Both the position numbers and the translations under genes were made by a program. A stretch of 64,000 nt of DNA from an uncultured SAR86 cluster bacterium (GTDB lineage Bacteria > Pseudomonadota > Gammaproteobacteria > Magnimaribacterales > D2472): the NCBI GenBank assembly GCA_902622845.1, contig CACNRI010000004.1, positions 82,012 through 146,011 on the forward strand. The letters are read 5' to 3'. Below are positions 1 to 11,072 of the stretch, piece by piece. The number at the start of each line of letters is the position of its first letter. Position 1 is the first letter of the stretch. Under the pieces are notes generated by a model. That model did no database searches. It had not been told where the DNA came from and saw only the letters and a program-made list of their open reading frames with translations.

Positions 1-191
1 GAAGATGATATTGATGATGAGGTTTGTTTTTGTTTCTGCTTTAAAGATCTTAGAAGAATTTGTTTGTGGGCTGTCGTTACTTCGTCTGTTGCACTGCTAT
101 GAGACAATCCAGCAGATGACATCCTTTTAAGTAATGCTTCCTCAGAGATTTTAAGAGTCTTTGCAAAATCTTTAACTGTTGTTTGTGCCAT
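1..191 (-). CDS. infB: translation initiation factor IF-2, N-terminal fragment (gene continues beyond the left edge)
   Basis: ATG at 191-189, 3 nt after the nusA stop. It translates to MAQTTVKDFAKTLKISEEALLKRMSSAGLSHSS... It occupies the canonical third position of the rimP-nusA-infB operon. It is absent from the ORF track only because it is truncated. Confidence 0.8.
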   Translation of the reverse strand, partial: MAQTTVKDFAKTLKISEEALLKRMSSAGLSHSSATDEVTTAHKQILLRSLKQKQKQTSSSISS

Positions 192-194
192 CTT

Positions 195-1655
195 TTATTT
201 GAACCAATGCTCCCTTGCTTTCATAATCATTTCTGAGGCTGAATCCTCAGAAATATCAATTATTTCCATTAACTCATCTGTAGCAAGTTCAGCTAAATCA
301 TCTTTATTTTTGATGCCTGATTTAGTCAGTGCATTTACCTGTTCATCGCTTAACTCAAGATCAGTTAATGACTCTTGATCTTGTTCATCCTGCTCAACTT
401 CGCTCATTGCTTCTAAAAGAGCAGCATCTTCAGCAGCACTTTTCACTCTTTGAATTTCTTCTTCATCTTCAAAAATATTTGATAGTTTTTTCTTGGAAGC
501 GTATGCAATATCATCAAAACTCCTTAATCCTAATTCAATAATTGATTCTGCTGATTCTTCACTTACTTCCAGACTAGCAACAAGCTTTCCAAGGAATTCA
601 GTCTCGTCAACCTTTTCTTTAGCTTCTGCTTCTTCACTGCTTATAATATTTAAGTCCCAACCCGAAAGTTTTGATGCTAATCTAATATTCTGACCTCTTG
701 CTCCAATTGCTAGTGCAAGATTTTCTTGATTGACAGCAATCTCCATAGATTTTGATGTTTCATCTAAAACTATTGACTCAATCTTAGCCGGTTCTAAAGA
801 ATTAATTACTAATTGGGCAGGATTATCATCATAAATTACGATATCTATTCTTTCATTACCAAGCTCTCCAGAAACTGCTTGAACTCTTGATCCTCTCATC
901 CCAACACAGGCACCTACAGGATCAATTCTTCCATCATTAGTTTTAACAGCAATTTTTGATCTAGATCCCGGATCTCTGGCAACTCCTCTTATTTCTATTA
1001 CATCTTCATTGACTTCAGGTACTTCTATTCTAAAGAGCTCGGTAACCATTTCTGAGCAAATTCTACTTAACATTAATTGAAGTCCTCTGCCTTCAATTTC
1101 TTTTATTTGTAATACAGCTCTAACTCTGTCATTAATTTTAAAAATTTCTCCTGGTAAAATCTGGTCTCTTGGAAGAATAGCTTCAGCATCTTGACCTAGA
1201 TCAACAATAATGTTGTCTCTTGTCACCCTCTTAACAAATCCAGATACTAAATTATTGTCACTTGACCGAAATTTCGAGACGATAAGCTCTTTTTCAGCCT
1301 CTCTAACTTTTTGAAGCATGACCTGTCTAGCTGCTTGCGTTTCAATCCTTCCAAACTCAACATTATCTACTTGCTCAAAATAAAGTTCTCCAATCTCCAT
1401 AGATGATTCAGAAGGTGATATGTAAGATTCCCTGTGGAATTCTTCATCACTCTCATCAAGCACTTCCCACTGTCTTTTTGTAATGAATTCTCCAGATCCT
1501 CTATCTACTTCAACAATAAGTTGAGCATCCTCATGAAAGTGTCTTTGTGAGGCAGATGCGATTGCTAACTCCATAGCAACAAAAATAACATCTTTCTCAA
1601 GACCCTTCTCAGAGGAGACAGAATCTACAACAGCTAAAATTTCTTTACCTTCCAT
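195..1655 (-). CDS. nusA: transcription termination/antitermination factor NusA
   Basis: 486 aa with an S1/KH core (GACVGMRGSRVQAVSGELGNERIDIV) and the acidic duplicated C-terminal HhH region typical of gammaproteobacterial NusA. It is flanked by rimP and infB. Confidence 0.97.
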   Translation of the reverse strand: MEGKEILAVVDSVSSEKGLEKDVIFVAMELAIASASQRHFHEDAQLIVEVDRGSGEFITKRQWEVLDESDEEFHRESYISPSESSMEIGELYFEQVDNVEFGRIETQAARQVMLQKVREAEKELIVSKFRSSDNNLVSGFVKRVTRDNIIVDLGQDAEAILPRDQILPGEIFKINDRVRAVLQIKEIEGRGLQLMLSRICSEMVTELFRIEVPEVNEDVIEIRGVARDPGSRSKIAVKTNDGRIDPVGACVGMRGSRVQAVSGELGNERIDIVIYDDNPAQLVINSLEPAKIESIVLDETSKSMEIAVNQENLALAIGARGQNIRLASKLSGWDLNIISSEEAEAKEKVDETEFLGKLVASLEVSEESAESIIELGLRSFDDIAYASKKKLSNIFEDEEEIQRVKSAAEDAALLEAMSEVEQDEQDQESLTDLELSDEQVNALTKSGIKNKDDLAELATDELMEIIDISEDSASEMIMKAREHWFK

Positions 1656-2124
1656 TTTTTTCCCTCAAAATTTCTTTGTAATTTGGCATTAATTTGCACA
1701 TATCTATTATTCCAAAGTCGATAGTTAATTCTTCTTTTCCAATATTTAGTTCAAGAGAATCATTTTCGACTGACTTCAAAATTGCTTTAAATGTTTTTTT
1801 ATCATTAATCTTGTCTTTCAGCTTTATCTTTAATGTTTTTCCTACAAAATCATTCAATTGATAGCTGTAAAAGAATTTTCTATCAAGACCTGGAGTTGAA
1901 ACTTCAAGAACATAATCATCTATAAAATCTGAATCAACTGAAAGTTCAAGATTTAAATCTCTAGAAATATTTTCACAATCATCTATAGTGGCGCCATTTA
2001 TGGCATCTATAAAAACCCTTAATGTAGGAATATTCTTACCTTGGGAGATCTCTAAGCCCCAAAAATCACACCCATGATCATTTACAATGGGTTCAATAAT
2101 TTCTTTTATTCTTTCTTTTTCCAT
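1645..2124 (-). CDS. rimP: ribosome maturation factor RimP
   Basis: Contains the EVSTPGLDR motif and overlaps nusA by 11 nt. The ORF track extends to 2160, but Met13 (ATG 2124-2122, MEKERIKEIIEPIVNDHGCDFWGLEI...) matches the usual RimP N-terminus and length (~150-160 aa). Confidence 0.9.
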   Translation of the reverse strand: MEKERIKEIIEPIVNDHGCDFWGLEISQGKNIPTLRVFIDAINGATIDDCENISRDLNLELSVDSDFIDDYVLEVSTPGLDRKFFYSYQLNDFVGKTLKIKLKDKINDKKTFKAILKSVENDSLELNIGKEELTIDFGIIDMCKLMPNYKEILREKNGR

Positions 2125-2134
2125 ATTCCATATA

Positions 2135-2155
2135 CAAAAATAGGGCATATGCCCC
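2135..2155 (-). terminator. candidate attenuator/terminator hairpin between metY and rimP
   Basis: The minus-strand RNA reads GGGCAUAUGCCC (a perfect 12-nt palindrome at 2143-2154) followed by UAUUUUUG. The stem is short (4-6 bp), so this is weak on its own. E. coli has an attenuator at the same operon position. Confidence 0.3.
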
Positions 2156-2177
2156 ATCAAAAATTCTAATTTTTGAC

Positions 2178-2254
<77 letters not shown>

Positions 2255-2271
2255 ACGCAGCGAAAGTGAAG

Positions 2272-2299
2272 TTTATAGAAATGATAGCCAGTTGGTCAA
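2272..2299 (-). promoter_or_regulatory. candidate sigma70 promoter for metY-rimP-nusA-infB
   Basis: On the minus strand: TTGACC (2299-2294), a 16-nt spacer, then TATAAA (2277-2272). A GC-rich discriminator (CGCTGCG) follows, and an A/T-rich UP-like tract lies upstream. The -10 element ends 17 nt before the tRNA 5' end. Confidence 0.5.
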
Positions 2300-2355
2300 G
2301 GCATATCAAATTTTTTTTATTTAAATATTTTGAGTTATGATATGTTTTTTTTAAA

Positions 2356-2442
2356 GCCGAAGTGGTGGAATTGGTAGACACGCTATCTTGAGGGGGTAGT
2401 GAGCTAATGCTCGTGCGGGTTCAAGTCCCGCCTTCGGCACCA
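2356..2442 (+). tRNA. leuU: tRNA-Leu (anticodon GAG)
   Basis: 87 nt: GCCGAAGTGGTGGAATTGGTAGACACGCTATCTTGAGGGGGTAGTGAGCTAATGCTCGTGCGGGTTCAAGTCCCGCCTTCGGCACCA. It has a 7-bp acceptor stem, a long variable arm and an encoded CCA, and closely resembles E. coli leuU. It reads in the sense direction on the + strand, opposite to secG. Confidence 0.95.
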
Positions 2443-2445
2443 ACT

Positions 2446-2760
2446 TTATTCTGTTGGAAGTGAATCTAATTCGTCTATTTCTTCTAAGATAATTTCCTGT
2501 TCAGGAAAGTTTAAGTTATCTTGCGTGTTTAAGTTTTTTAGGAGAACAGCTTGAGTCATTGCAAGAATTAAGAAAAGTGAGCCAACAATCCATGTCAACC
2601 TTCCAAGAAGGTTGGAAGGTCCAAGAGCACCAAACATTGAGTTAGAAGATCCGCCACCAAATGCTGACCCAAGGTCAGAGCCTTTACCCTGTTGAAGTAT
2701 CACAAGAATTACAAGCAAAACTGCCAGAATAATACAAAGAATTTGTACAAATAAAATCAT
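2446..2760 (-). CDS. secG: preprotein translocase subunit SecG
   Basis: 104 aa with two TM segments flanking the Gly-rich loop LQQGKGSDLGSAFGGGSSNSMFG. It is downstream of tpiA, as in Pseudomonas. Confidence 0.9.
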   Translation of the reverse strand: MILFVQILCIILAVLLVILVILQQGKGSDLGSAFGGGSSNSMFGALGPSNLLGRLTWIVGSLFLILAMTQAVLLKNLNTQDNLNFPEQEIILEEIDELDSLPTE

Positions 2761-2763
2761 CTT

Positions 2764-3531
2764 TTAAAAAGTCTCCAAAAAATCATTATAAATATCTAAA
2801 AAATCTTTTCCATTCAATGAAGCTCCACCTATTAAAGCACCATCAATATTTGTTTGTTGAAAAAAACTTTTAGCATTTTCACAATTTACACTGCCGCCAT
2901 AAATAACACTAATAGCTTCAATTTCAGCGATGGATTGTACTATATCTTTAATATGTTGGTGAATATTATTCACCTCATCTGCAGTAGGTGTCTTTCCTGA
3001 ACCAATAGCCCAAACTGGCTCATAAGCTATTACAACAATCTTTTTAGTAGATATTGATGTAAATATTTCTTTTAGTTGCATATCCAGCACTTCAAGAGTT
3101 TTACCTGCGTTATAGTCTTGAAGAGATTCACCTATACAAACAACTGGCACAATATTCTTCTCAAGACATATTCTTAGCTTTTCTGAAACAATGCTATTTG
3201 TTTCATTATAAAACTCTCTTCTTTCTGAATGACCTAAAATCGAAAATGTACAGCCTTTGTCAATTACCATATCAGCACTTATATCTCCCGTTTTAGCGCC
3301 ATCACTAAATCTAGAGATATCTTGTGCGCCTAGAAATCCAAATTTAAAAAGGTTTTTAAGTTCAGTTAAATGAGAAATTGGAGGGGCAATTCCCATAAAC
3401 TTAAAGTAGGAAGATTTATTATCAGAATTTACTTCATCATTATTAGATACCATCTCTCTTTGCATCCAGTCTGAAATACCACCAGAGGGTATATTCATTT
3501 TCCAATTTGCAATTACTAGAGGGTGTGACAT
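2764..3531 (-). CDS. tpiA: triosephosphate isomerase
   Basis: Contains the ANWKMN, GHSERR and AYEPVWAIGSG catalytic motifs. Confidence 0.93.
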   Translation of the reverse strand: MSHPLVIANWKMNIPSGGISDWMQREMVSNNDEVNSDNKSSYFKFMGIAPPISHLTELKNLFKFGFLGAQDISRFSDGAKTGDISADMVIDKGCTFSILGHSERREFYNETNSIVSEKLRICLEKNIVPVVCIGESLQDYNAGKTLEVLDMQLKEIFTSISTKKIVVIAYEPVWAIGSGKTPTADEVNNIHQHIKDIVQSIAEIEAISVIYGGSVNCENAKSFFQQTNIDGALIGGASLNGKDFLDIYNDFLETF

Positions 3532-3549
3532 TTTATTAAGGTTATATTA

Positions 3550-4875
3550 TTACGGTGTTTTAGACTCAAACAGCTTAATGAGATCATTTGTATATTTTTT
3601 GGCTGTTTTTTTGTTTTCAGATTCAATCATTATTCTAATCTTATTTTCAGTTCCTGATGGCCTTACAAGAATTCTATTAATTGTTAAATCTGACTTGATA
3701 TCATTTATGGCTATTTTTACTTCGGCATCACTGACAATATCTTTGTTTTTAACGCTTATGGATTCGTTTATTTGAGGAATTTTATTGAAATTAGAAAGAA
3801 CATCTTTTGGATCTTTATCAAGCATAACTAGTGAACTTATTGTTTTTAACGCTGCTATAGTTCCATCACCTGTGCTGACAAGGTCTCTGCAGATAATATG
3901 TCCGGAAGGTTCTCCCCCAAGAAGCCAGCCCTCTTTAAGTAATAAATCTGAAACATATTTATCGCCAACGTCGGCTCTTTTGAATGAATATCCAAGCTTA
4001 TTAAGGCCATCTTCTAATCCAACATTAGACATTTGAGTTCCAACTATGCCTGACCATGGGCCAAGTCTGTTAGGATTGGCAAAACCTAATATGTAGAGAA
4101 TGTCATCACCATCTAAAATATTTGATTCTCTATCTACGATGGTTACTCTATCAGCATCACCATCTAGTGACACACCAAAGTCAGCTCTATGTTCTTTAAC
4201 AAGTTTTTGAACAAGCTCAGGATTGGTTGAGCCACAATCTTGATTGATATTGAATCCATCGGGCTGATCACCAACAACTATTGTCTCAGCTCCTAACTCA
4301 CGAAAAACATCTGGAGAAACCTTATAAGATGCTCCATTTGCACAATCAAGGACAATTCTTAAGTCAGTAAAACTAATGTCATCAGGAACTGTTGATTTAC
4401 AGAATTCAACATATCTTGATCCGGATTCATCAAATCTTTTAGCTTTTCCAATTTCTACAGATGGTAATGAAGTAATTTTTTCACTTAAAATATTTTCGAT
4501 CATCATCTCAATTTTTCTATCGATTTTCACGCCGCTATTATCAAAAATCTTAATCCCATTGTCTTGATAATTATTATGAGACGCGCTTATTACAATTCCA
4601 CATTGATTTCTAAAAGATTTAGTTAAATACGCAACTCCTGGCGTTGGCAGTGGACCCAGAAGCCTAACATTCATCCCTACAGACAAGAATCCTGCTTGAA
4701 GTGCAGCTTCAAGCATATAACCTGATACTCTGGTGTCTTTTCCAATTAATACTGTATCCCAGCCAAGTTCTTTAAAAACAATACCAGCTGCATGACCGAT
4801 CCTAAGGCATGCTTCAGGAGTCACTTTAGTTTCGACAGGACCCCTAATTCCGTCGGTACCAAATTTAAGATTCAT
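3550..4875 (-). CDS. glmM: phosphoglucosamine mutase
   Basis: 441 aa with FGTDGIRG at the N-terminus, the phosphoserine loop SASHNNYQDNGIK, and DGDADR. Confidence 0.95.
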   Translation of the reverse strand: MNLKFGTDGIRGPVETKVTPEACLRIGHAAGIVFKELGWDTVLIGKDTRVSGYMLEAALQAGFLSVGMNVRLLGPLPTPGVAYLTKSFRNQCGIVISASHNNYQDNGIKIFDNSGVKIDRKIEMMIENILSEKITSLPSVEIGKAKRFDESGSRYVEFCKSTVPDDISFTDLRIVLDCANGASYKVSPDVFRELGAETIVVGDQPDGFNINQDCGSTNPELVQKLVKEHRADFGVSLDGDADRVTIVDRESNILDGDDILYILGFANPNRLGPWSGIVGTQMSNVGLEDGLNKLGYSFKRADVGDKYVSDLLLKEGWLLGGEPSGHIICRDLVSTGDGTIAALKTISSLVMLDKDPKDVLSNFNKIPQINESISVKNKDIVSDAEVKIAINDIKSDLTINRILVRPSGTENKIRIMIESENKKTAKKYTNDLIKLFESKTP

Positions 4876-4882
4876 AGACCTA

Positions 4883-6793
4883 TTATAACTCTTCTGCTGG
4901 TCCTTTTATTGAAGATTCTTTTGTACTCTTTTTAGGAGGCTCGTCGTCATTATTCCAATCACTCGGCTCCCTGGGCTCTGCACCACTCATGATGTCATCA
5001 ATTTGATGTTGATCGATTGTCTCATATTTCAAAAGCGCCTCAGCCATTGTATGAAGTTTATCCATATTATCCTTCAAAATAGTTTCAGCTCTCTCGTAGC
5101 AAGAATTAATTATATCTTTTATTTCACTATCAATAAGTTTCGAGGTCTCATCACTATAAGTCTTTGACGATTGTGATGCAGATCTTCCTAAAAATGGACT
5201 TGAATCATCTTCCCCAAACTTTAGAGGCCCAACCTTATCAGAGAGTCCCCATTTTGTAACCATGTTAGTAGCAATTCCAGTAGCAACTTCAATATCGTTT
5301 GAAGCTCCAGTAGTAATATTTCTCTCACCATTTATAAGTTGTTCAGCTATTCTTCCTCCGTAGAGTGTGCATATTCTACTCAAGAGATACTCTTTACTTT
5401 GCATATACTTATCATCTTCAGGAAGGAACATAGTAACTCCTAAGGCTCGGCCTCGAGGAATTATAGTTACTTTATAAACTGGATCATGTTCTGGAACTAT
5501 TCTTCCAACAATGGCATGTCCTGCTTCATGATATGCAGTAAGACGTTTTTGCTCTTCAGTAAGTATCATTGATTTTCTTTCAGGGCCCATCATGATTTTG
5601 TCTTTAGCAAGATCTAAGTGAGTCTGCTCGACTTTTTTATCACCATATCTAGCTGCGAATAGAGCTGCTTCATTAATTAGGTTGGCTAAATCCGCACCAG
5701 AGAATCCTGGAGTTCCTCTAGCAATTGCTCTTAAGTCAACATTTTTATCAAGTGGAACTTTTCGAACATGGACTTTTAAGATTTGTTCTCTACCTCTAAT
5801 GTCAGGCATATCAACAACAACCTGTCTGTCGAATCTTCCAGGTCTCAATAAAGCTGGGTCAAGAACATCAGGTCTATTTGTTGCTGCAACTATGATAATT
5901 CCATCATTGGCCTCAAAGCCATCCATTTCGACAAGAAGCTGATTAAGTGTCTGCTCTCTCTCATCATGTCCTCCACCAAGGCCTGCTCCTCTGTGCCTGC
6001 CAACGGCATCGATTTCATCAATAAAAACTATGCATGGGGAATTCTTTTTTGCTTGATCAAACATGTCCCTTACTCTTGATGCACCAACACCAACAAACAT
6101 TTCAACAAAATCAGAGCCTGAAATGCTAAAGAAAGGCACTCTAGCCTCACCTGCAGTAGCTCTAGCAAGAAGAGTCTTACCAGTTCCAGGAGGACCCACC
6201 ATTAAAACACCTCTTGGTATTTTTCCACCAACTTTTTGAAATCTCGTTGGGTCTTTTAGGTAGTCAACGAGTTCTTGAACATCTTGTTTTGCTTCCTCAC
6301 ATCCAGCTACATCTTTAAAAGTAGTTTTAACCTTTCCACCTTCCATTAACTTAGCTTTACTTTTTCCGAAAGACATTGGTCCGCCTCTTCCGGACATACT
6401 TCCCTGCATTTGCCTCATGAAAAAGAAAAATATCGCAAGTAAAAGTAAAATTGGGAATGCTCCAACCAGTAATTGCGACCAAACTGACGGTTGTTCAACC
6501 TCTTCATATGAGGTAATTACTCCGTTTTCTTGAAGCGCTGCATCTAAAACAGGATCAGACTTATAAATAGGATGATTGGTTTTAAACTTGGACCCATCTA
6601 ATCTTTGACCAAATATTGTCATTTGGTCACCCTTATATGTTACTTCTGATACTCTGTCTGATAAAACTTCTTGTTTAAATTGACTGTAAGATATAGTTTC
6701 TCTTGGAGCTGAGGGTTCAACATTGTTGAATACTAAAAAAATAATAGATCCCAACACAAGCCATACAAAAATATTTTTTAAAAAATCGTTCAT
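4883..6793 (-). CDS. ftsH: ATP-dependent zinc metalloprotease FtsH
   Basis: 636 aa with an N-terminal TM pair, Walker A GPPGTGKT, the AAA SRH region and the HEAGHA zinc site. Confidence 0.97.
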   Translation of the reverse strand: MNDFLKNIFVWLVLGSIIFLVFNNVEPSAPRETISYSQFKQEVLSDRVSEVTYKGDQMTIFGQRLDGSKFKTNHPIYKSDPVLDAALQENGVITSYEEVEQPSVWSQLLVGAFPILLLLAIFFFFMRQMQGSMSGRGGPMSFGKSKAKLMEGGKVKTTFKDVAGCEEAKQDVQELVDYLKDPTRFQKVGGKIPRGVLMVGPPGTGKTLLARATAGEARVPFFSISGSDFVEMFVGVGASRVRDMFDQAKKNSPCIVFIDEIDAVGRHRGAGLGGGHDEREQTLNQLLVEMDGFEANDGIIIVAATNRPDVLDPALLRPGRFDRQVVVDMPDIRGREQILKVHVRKVPLDKNVDLRAIARGTPGFSGADLANLINEAALFAARYGDKKVEQTHLDLAKDKIMMGPERKSMILTEEQKRLTAYHEAGHAIVGRIVPEHDPVYKVTIIPRGRALGVTMFLPEDDKYMQSKEYLLSRICTLYGGRIAEQLINGERNITTGASNDIEVATGIATNMVTKWGLSDKVGPLKFGEDDSSPFLGRSASQSSKTYSDETSKLIDSEIKDIINSCYERAETILKDNMDKLHTMAEALLKYETIDQHQIDDIMSGAEPREPSDWNNDDEPPKKSTKESSIKGPAEEL

Positions 6794-6795
6794 AG

Positions 6796-7359
6796 TTACT
6801 TTATACCGTATAAATATATCTCTTTTGACTGCTTCTTGGAAGCAGCGGGTTTTGCAGTTTGGACTATTTTTAAATTTTTTTCCATTTCTTTTCTAAATTT
6901 CTTTAAATAAGAGTTTTGAAAAGTTTTAACAATAAATATACCGTTACTTTCTAAAAACCTTGTTGCCCCCTCTAAAGTTAGCAAATTAAGCTCGAATACA
7001 TTTTCTTCATCAATACTGCTTATACCTGTTAAATTTGGGGCTAAATCAGAAATCACAAGATTAAATTTATTTTTTAAATCACTAAGATGATCTATTTGTT
7101 CGATATTCCTTATGTCCTCCTGTATAAACTTTACGCCTTTTATCTCTTCCATTTCTAATATGTCTATAGCAAATATTTCAGCATTTGGATATTTATTTGC
7201 TAAATAATGAGACCATCCACCTGGAGCAGCTCCAATATCTAAAATTAGGTTAGGATTTTTAATTTGTTTTATTTTTTTAATTATTTGAATTAACTTGAAT
7301 ACAGCTCTAGATCTATATCCTAAAGATTTTGCTTTTTGAGCCCAATTATCTGCATGCAT
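6796..7359 (-). CDS. rlmE: 23S rRNA (uridine2552-2'-O)-methyltransferase RlmE/FtsJ
   Basis: Contains RSRAVFKL and the SAM motif [12 protein letters not shown]. It lies immediately upstream of ftsH. At 187 aa it has a shorter N-terminus than the 209-aa E. coli protein. Confidence 0.9.
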   Translation of the reverse strand: MHADNWAQKAKSLGYRSRAVFKLIQIIKKIKQIKNPNLILDIGAAPGGWSHYLANKYPNAEIFAIDILEMEEIKGVKFIQEDIRNIEQIDHLSDLKNKFNLVISDLAPNLTGISSIDEENVFELNLLTLEGATRFLESNGIFIVKTFQNSYLKKFRKEMEKNLKIVQTAKPAASKKQSKEIYLYGIK

Positions 7360-7362
7360 GAA

Positions 7363-7839
7363 TTAAATATGTTCTACTTCCTCTATTTCGAAATTTAGCT
7401 TTCCAGATGGTGTTTCAATACTGACTTCATCTCCAATAGACTTACCTATTAAGCCCCTTCCAATTGGTGTATCAATTGAGATCATGCCATTTGCTGGATC
7501 AGACTCAAGGTTTCCAACAATTCGATAAGAGATTGATTCATCAGTATCTAAGTTATACAGCTTAATTGTTGCTCCAAAAACTACTTTTCCAGTTTTAGGT
7601 AGTTCTCTAACATCAATTACTTGTGCATTTGCCAATGCGTGTTCAAGCTCATTAATCTTGGCCTCAGTTAATCCCTGTTGCTCTTTTGCTGCATGATATT
7701 CAGCATTTTCTTTTAAATCTCCATGCGCCCTAGCCTCAGCAATAGCCTCTGAAATCTGAGGTCTGTCGACAAATTTTAACTTTGTTAATCTTTCTTTCAG
7801 GATTATTTCTCCCTCTTTTGTAATTGGTATCCTAGACAT
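7363..7839 (-). CDS. greA: transcription elongation factor GreA
   Basis: 158 aa with [24 protein letters not shown] in the coiled-coil domain and a typical C-terminal globular domain. Confidence 0.95.
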   Translation of the reverse strand: MSRIPITKEGEIILKERLTKLKFVDRPQISEAIAEARAHGDLKENAEYHAAKEQQGLTEAKINELEHALANAQVIDVRELPKTGKVVFGATIKLYNLDTDESISYRIVGNLESDPANGMISIDTPIGRGLIGKSIGDEVSIETPSGKLNFEIEEVEHI

Positions 7840-7865
7840 GAGTTAATTATATCAACTTGTGATGA

Positions 7866-10800
7866 TTAGTTAATTTCTTGTAAAGAACTGAACTCCCAGT
7901 CGTCTTCTTTATTTTCTAATGCCTTAACCAAAGCATCTGCTCCGAACATAGTTGTTGTGCACAGAATTTTTTTTCTCAAAGCTGTCTGCCTAATAGATGC
8001 AGAATCTTTTATAGACTGTCTTCCTTGAGTTGTATTGATTACAAGACAAACTTGATCATTAACAAGCTCATCAACTATATGTGGCCTTCCCTCAGCAACC
8101 TTATTTATTTCCTGAACATTAAAACCTAATTTTTTAATATATTTTGCAGTTCCTTTTGTTGCAATAATTTCAAAACCAAAACTAATTATTTTTTCTACTA
8201 TTGAATCTAAGTATTTCTTATCATCCTCTTTCACACTTATAAAAATCTTTCCTTTTCTTCTGAGAACTTTATTAGCAGCTTTTTGTGCCTTTCCATATGC
8301 TTCTCCAAAATTTCTTCCAATGCCCATAACTTCTCCAGTAGATTTCATTTCGGGCCCTAGAATTGGATCTACATTGGGAAACTTATCAAAAGGCAGAACA
8401 GCTTCTTTAACAAAAAACATATCGTCAGGTAGCTTATTTGAAAATCCTAGTTCTTTTAAGCTCTTTCCAACCATTGTTTTTGCAGCAACTTTCACTAGAG
8501 AATTACCAATACATTTTGAAATAAAGGGAACCGTTCTAGACGCTCTGGGATTTACTTCAAGAATGAAAACTTCATTATCTTTAATTGCAAATTGAACATT
8601 CATCAAACCAATAACGTTAAGCTCTTCTGCTAACTTTTTAGATTGAAGTTCTAACTTTTTAATTATTTCCTCACTCAGAGAATAAGGTGGCAGAGAGCAA
8701 GCTGAATCACCTGAATGAATTCCAGCTTGTTCAATGTGTTGAAGTATTCCACCAATTACGATTTCCTTGCCATCAGAAACAACATCTACATCAACCTCAA
8801 TTGCATTATCAAGATAATGATCTAAAAGTATTGGTCGCTCATTAGAGGCTTGCACTGCATTGGAAATATATATGCCTAGCTCATCTTTATTATTTACAAG
8901 CTCCATAGCCCTTCCGCCTAAAACATATGAAGGTCTTACAACAATAGGGAAGCCAATTTCATCTGATTTGTTAAGGGCTTCTTTTAAGCTGGACACAGTT
9001 GCATTACTTGGTTGAAGAAGATCAAGTTTACTAATAATTTCTTGGAACCTTTTTCTATCTTCTGACCTATCAATTGCATCAGGCTCTGTTCCAAGAATAT
9101 TTACACCATAATTCTCAAGATCATTTGAAAGTTTTAGAGGAGTTTGACCACCAAATTGAATAATGACTCCATCGGGTTTTTCTAAGTCAATAATATCTAA
9201 AATCTTTTCAGAGGTTATTGGCTCAAAGTAAAGTCTATTTGAAACATCATAATCTGTTGAGACGGTTTCAGGATTACAATTAACCATAATTGATTCGAAA
9301 CCTTCCTCCTGCATCGCTAGAGATGCATGAACACAACAATAGTCAAATTCAATGCCTTGACCTATCCTGTTTGGGCCACTTCCGAGCACTAATATTTTCT
9401 TTTTTGAAGTTGGCTCACTCTCACAAATACCTTCATATGTTGAGTACATGTAACATGTTGAAGTTTTAAACTCTGCAGCGCATGTATCAACCCTCTTATA
9501 AGAAGGTAGTATATTGTGCGACTTCCTCCTTAATCTTACTTCTTCATAGCTTTCATCAAGCAAATTTGCGATTCTTTGATCACTAAACCCTTTAGTCTTT
9601 AGCCTTGTGAAATTTTCCTTTGATAAGTTTTCAAGTTTAGAGCCTTCAATTGCATTTTCTTCAGAAACTAAATCTTCAATTTGTCTCAAAAACCAGGGAT
9701 CAACGGATGTTAGATCAAAAATCTTTTCAAGAGACCATCCACATCTGAATGCATCTGCTATATAAAAAAGCCTTTCAGGTCCTGGAAAAGTTAACTCAAA
9801 TCCAAGCTTCTCATTAATTAACTCGCTATCATCAAGAATTTTTTCAAGCCCACATTTATCATCCTCCATACTGCAAATAGCTTTTTGAAGAGACTCCTGA
9901 AAATTTGAGCCAATTGACATAACTTCACCAACGGATTTCATTTGTGTAGAAAGTCTTGGTTCAGCTTGTGGAAACTTTTCGAAAGCAAACTTTGGTATTT
10001 TTGTCACAATATAATCAATTGAAGGTTCAAATGATGCGGGAGTTAATCCTGAAGTTATATCGTTTTTAAGCTCATCAAGGGTATACCCAATAGACAAAAG
10101 GGCTGCAACTTTTGCAATAGGGAATCCTGTAGCTTTTGAAGCTAAAGCGGAAGATCTACTTACTCGGGGATTCATTTCTATGACAACCATTCGACCATCA
10201 ACTGGATTTATAGCAAATTGAACATTTGAACCACCAGTTTCCACACCTATTTCTCTTAAAATTTTAAAAGAGGCATTTCGCATTATTTGAAATTCCTTAT
10301 CTGTCAAAGTTTGTGCAGGTGCTATAGTTATTGAGTCTCCTGTATGAACACCCATTGGATCAAAGTTCTCAATAGAGCAAATAATAATGCAGTTATCATT
10401 TTTATCTCTAACAACCTCCATTTCGTATTCTTTCCAACCTAAAAGAGACTCATCAATTAATAGTTCATTTGTTGGAGATAAATCCAATCCTTTCTCACAG
10501 ATTGTTTTAAATTCTTCTATGTTGTATGCAACTCCACCTCCAGATCCACCAAGAGTAAATGAGGGTCTTATAATGCATGGAAATCCGATCTCTTTCTGAA
10601 CTTCTAATGCATCTTCCATAGAGTGCGCAATTCCTGATTGAGGCGTTTCTAAATTTATTTTCTTCATAGTTTGATCAAAAAGCTGTCTATCTTCGGCTTT
10701 GTCAATTGCCTCTCTTGAGGCACCGATTAATTCAACATTATATTTTTTTAAGATTCCCTCCCTAGCTAATGAAAGTGCAGTATTTAAACCTGTCTGTCCT

Positions 10801-11072
10801 CCCATAGTTGGGAGAAGTGCGTCTGGTCTTTCCTTTTCTATTATCATGGCAACTGACTCCCAGTGAATTGGTTCAATATAAGTAGCATCAGCAAGCAATG
10901 GATCAGTCATGATTGTAGCTGGGTTTGAATTAACTAAAATTACTCTATAGCCCTCTTCTTTTAATGCTTTACATGCCTGGGCTCCAGAATAATCAAATTC
11001 GCATGCTTGACCAATAATAATAGGCCCTGCACCAATAATCATTACGGATTTTATGTCATTTCTTTTTGGCAT
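7866..11072 (-). CDS. carB: carbamoyl-phosphate synthase large subunit
   Basis: 1068 aa with the N-terminus [30 protein letters not shown] and duplicated ATP-grasp halves. It overlaps carA by 17 nt. Confidence 0.97.
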   Translation of the reverse strand: MPKRNDIKSVMIIGAGPIIIGQACEFDYSGAQACKALKEEGYRVILVNSNPATIMTDPLLADATYIEPIHWESVAMIIEKERPDALLPTMGGQTGLNTALSLAREGILKKYNVELIGASREAIDKAEDRQLFDQTMKKINLETPQSGIAHSMEDALEVQKEIGFPCIIRPSFTLGGSGGGVAYNIEEFKTICEKGLDLSPTNELLIDESLLGWKEYEMEVVRDKNDNCIIICSIENFDPMGVHTGDSITIAPAQTLTDKEFQIMRNASFKILREIGVETGGSNVQFAINPVDGRMVVIEMNPRVSRSSALASKATGFPIAKVAALLSIGYTLDELKNDITSGLTPASFEPSIDYIVTKIPKFAFEKFPQAEPRLSTQMKSVGEVMSIGSNFQESLQKAICSMEDDKCGLEKILDDSELINEKLGFELTFPGPERLFYIADAFRCGWSLEKIFDLTSVDPWFLRQIEDLVSEENAIEGSKLENLSKENFTRLKTKGFSDQRIANLLDESYEEVRLRRKSHNILPSYKRVDTCAAEFKTSTCYMYSTYEGICESEPTSKKKILVLGSGPNRIGQGIEFDYCCVHASLAMQEEGFESIMVNCNPETVSTDYDVSNRLYFEPITSEKILDIIDLEKPDGVIIQFGGQTPLKLSNDLENYGVNILGTEPDAIDRSEDRKRFQEIISKLDLLQPSNATVSSLKEALNKSDEIGFPIVVRPSYVLGGRAMELVNNKDELGIYISNAVQASNERPILLDHYLDNAIEVDVDVVSDGKEIVIGGILQHIEQAGIHSGDSACSLPPYSLSEEIIKKLELQSKKLAEELNVIGLMNVQFAIKDNEVFILEVNPRASRTVPFISKCIGNSLVKVAAKTMVGKSLKELGFSNKLPDDMFFVKEAVLPFDKFPNVDPILGPEMKSTGEVMGIGRNFGEAYGKAQKAANKVLRRKGKIFISVKEDDKKYLDSIVEKIISFGFEIIATKGTAKYIKKLGFNVQEINKVAEGRPHIVDELVNDQVCLVINTTQGRQSIKDSASIRQTALRKKILCTTTMFGADALVKALENKEDDWEFSSLQEIN

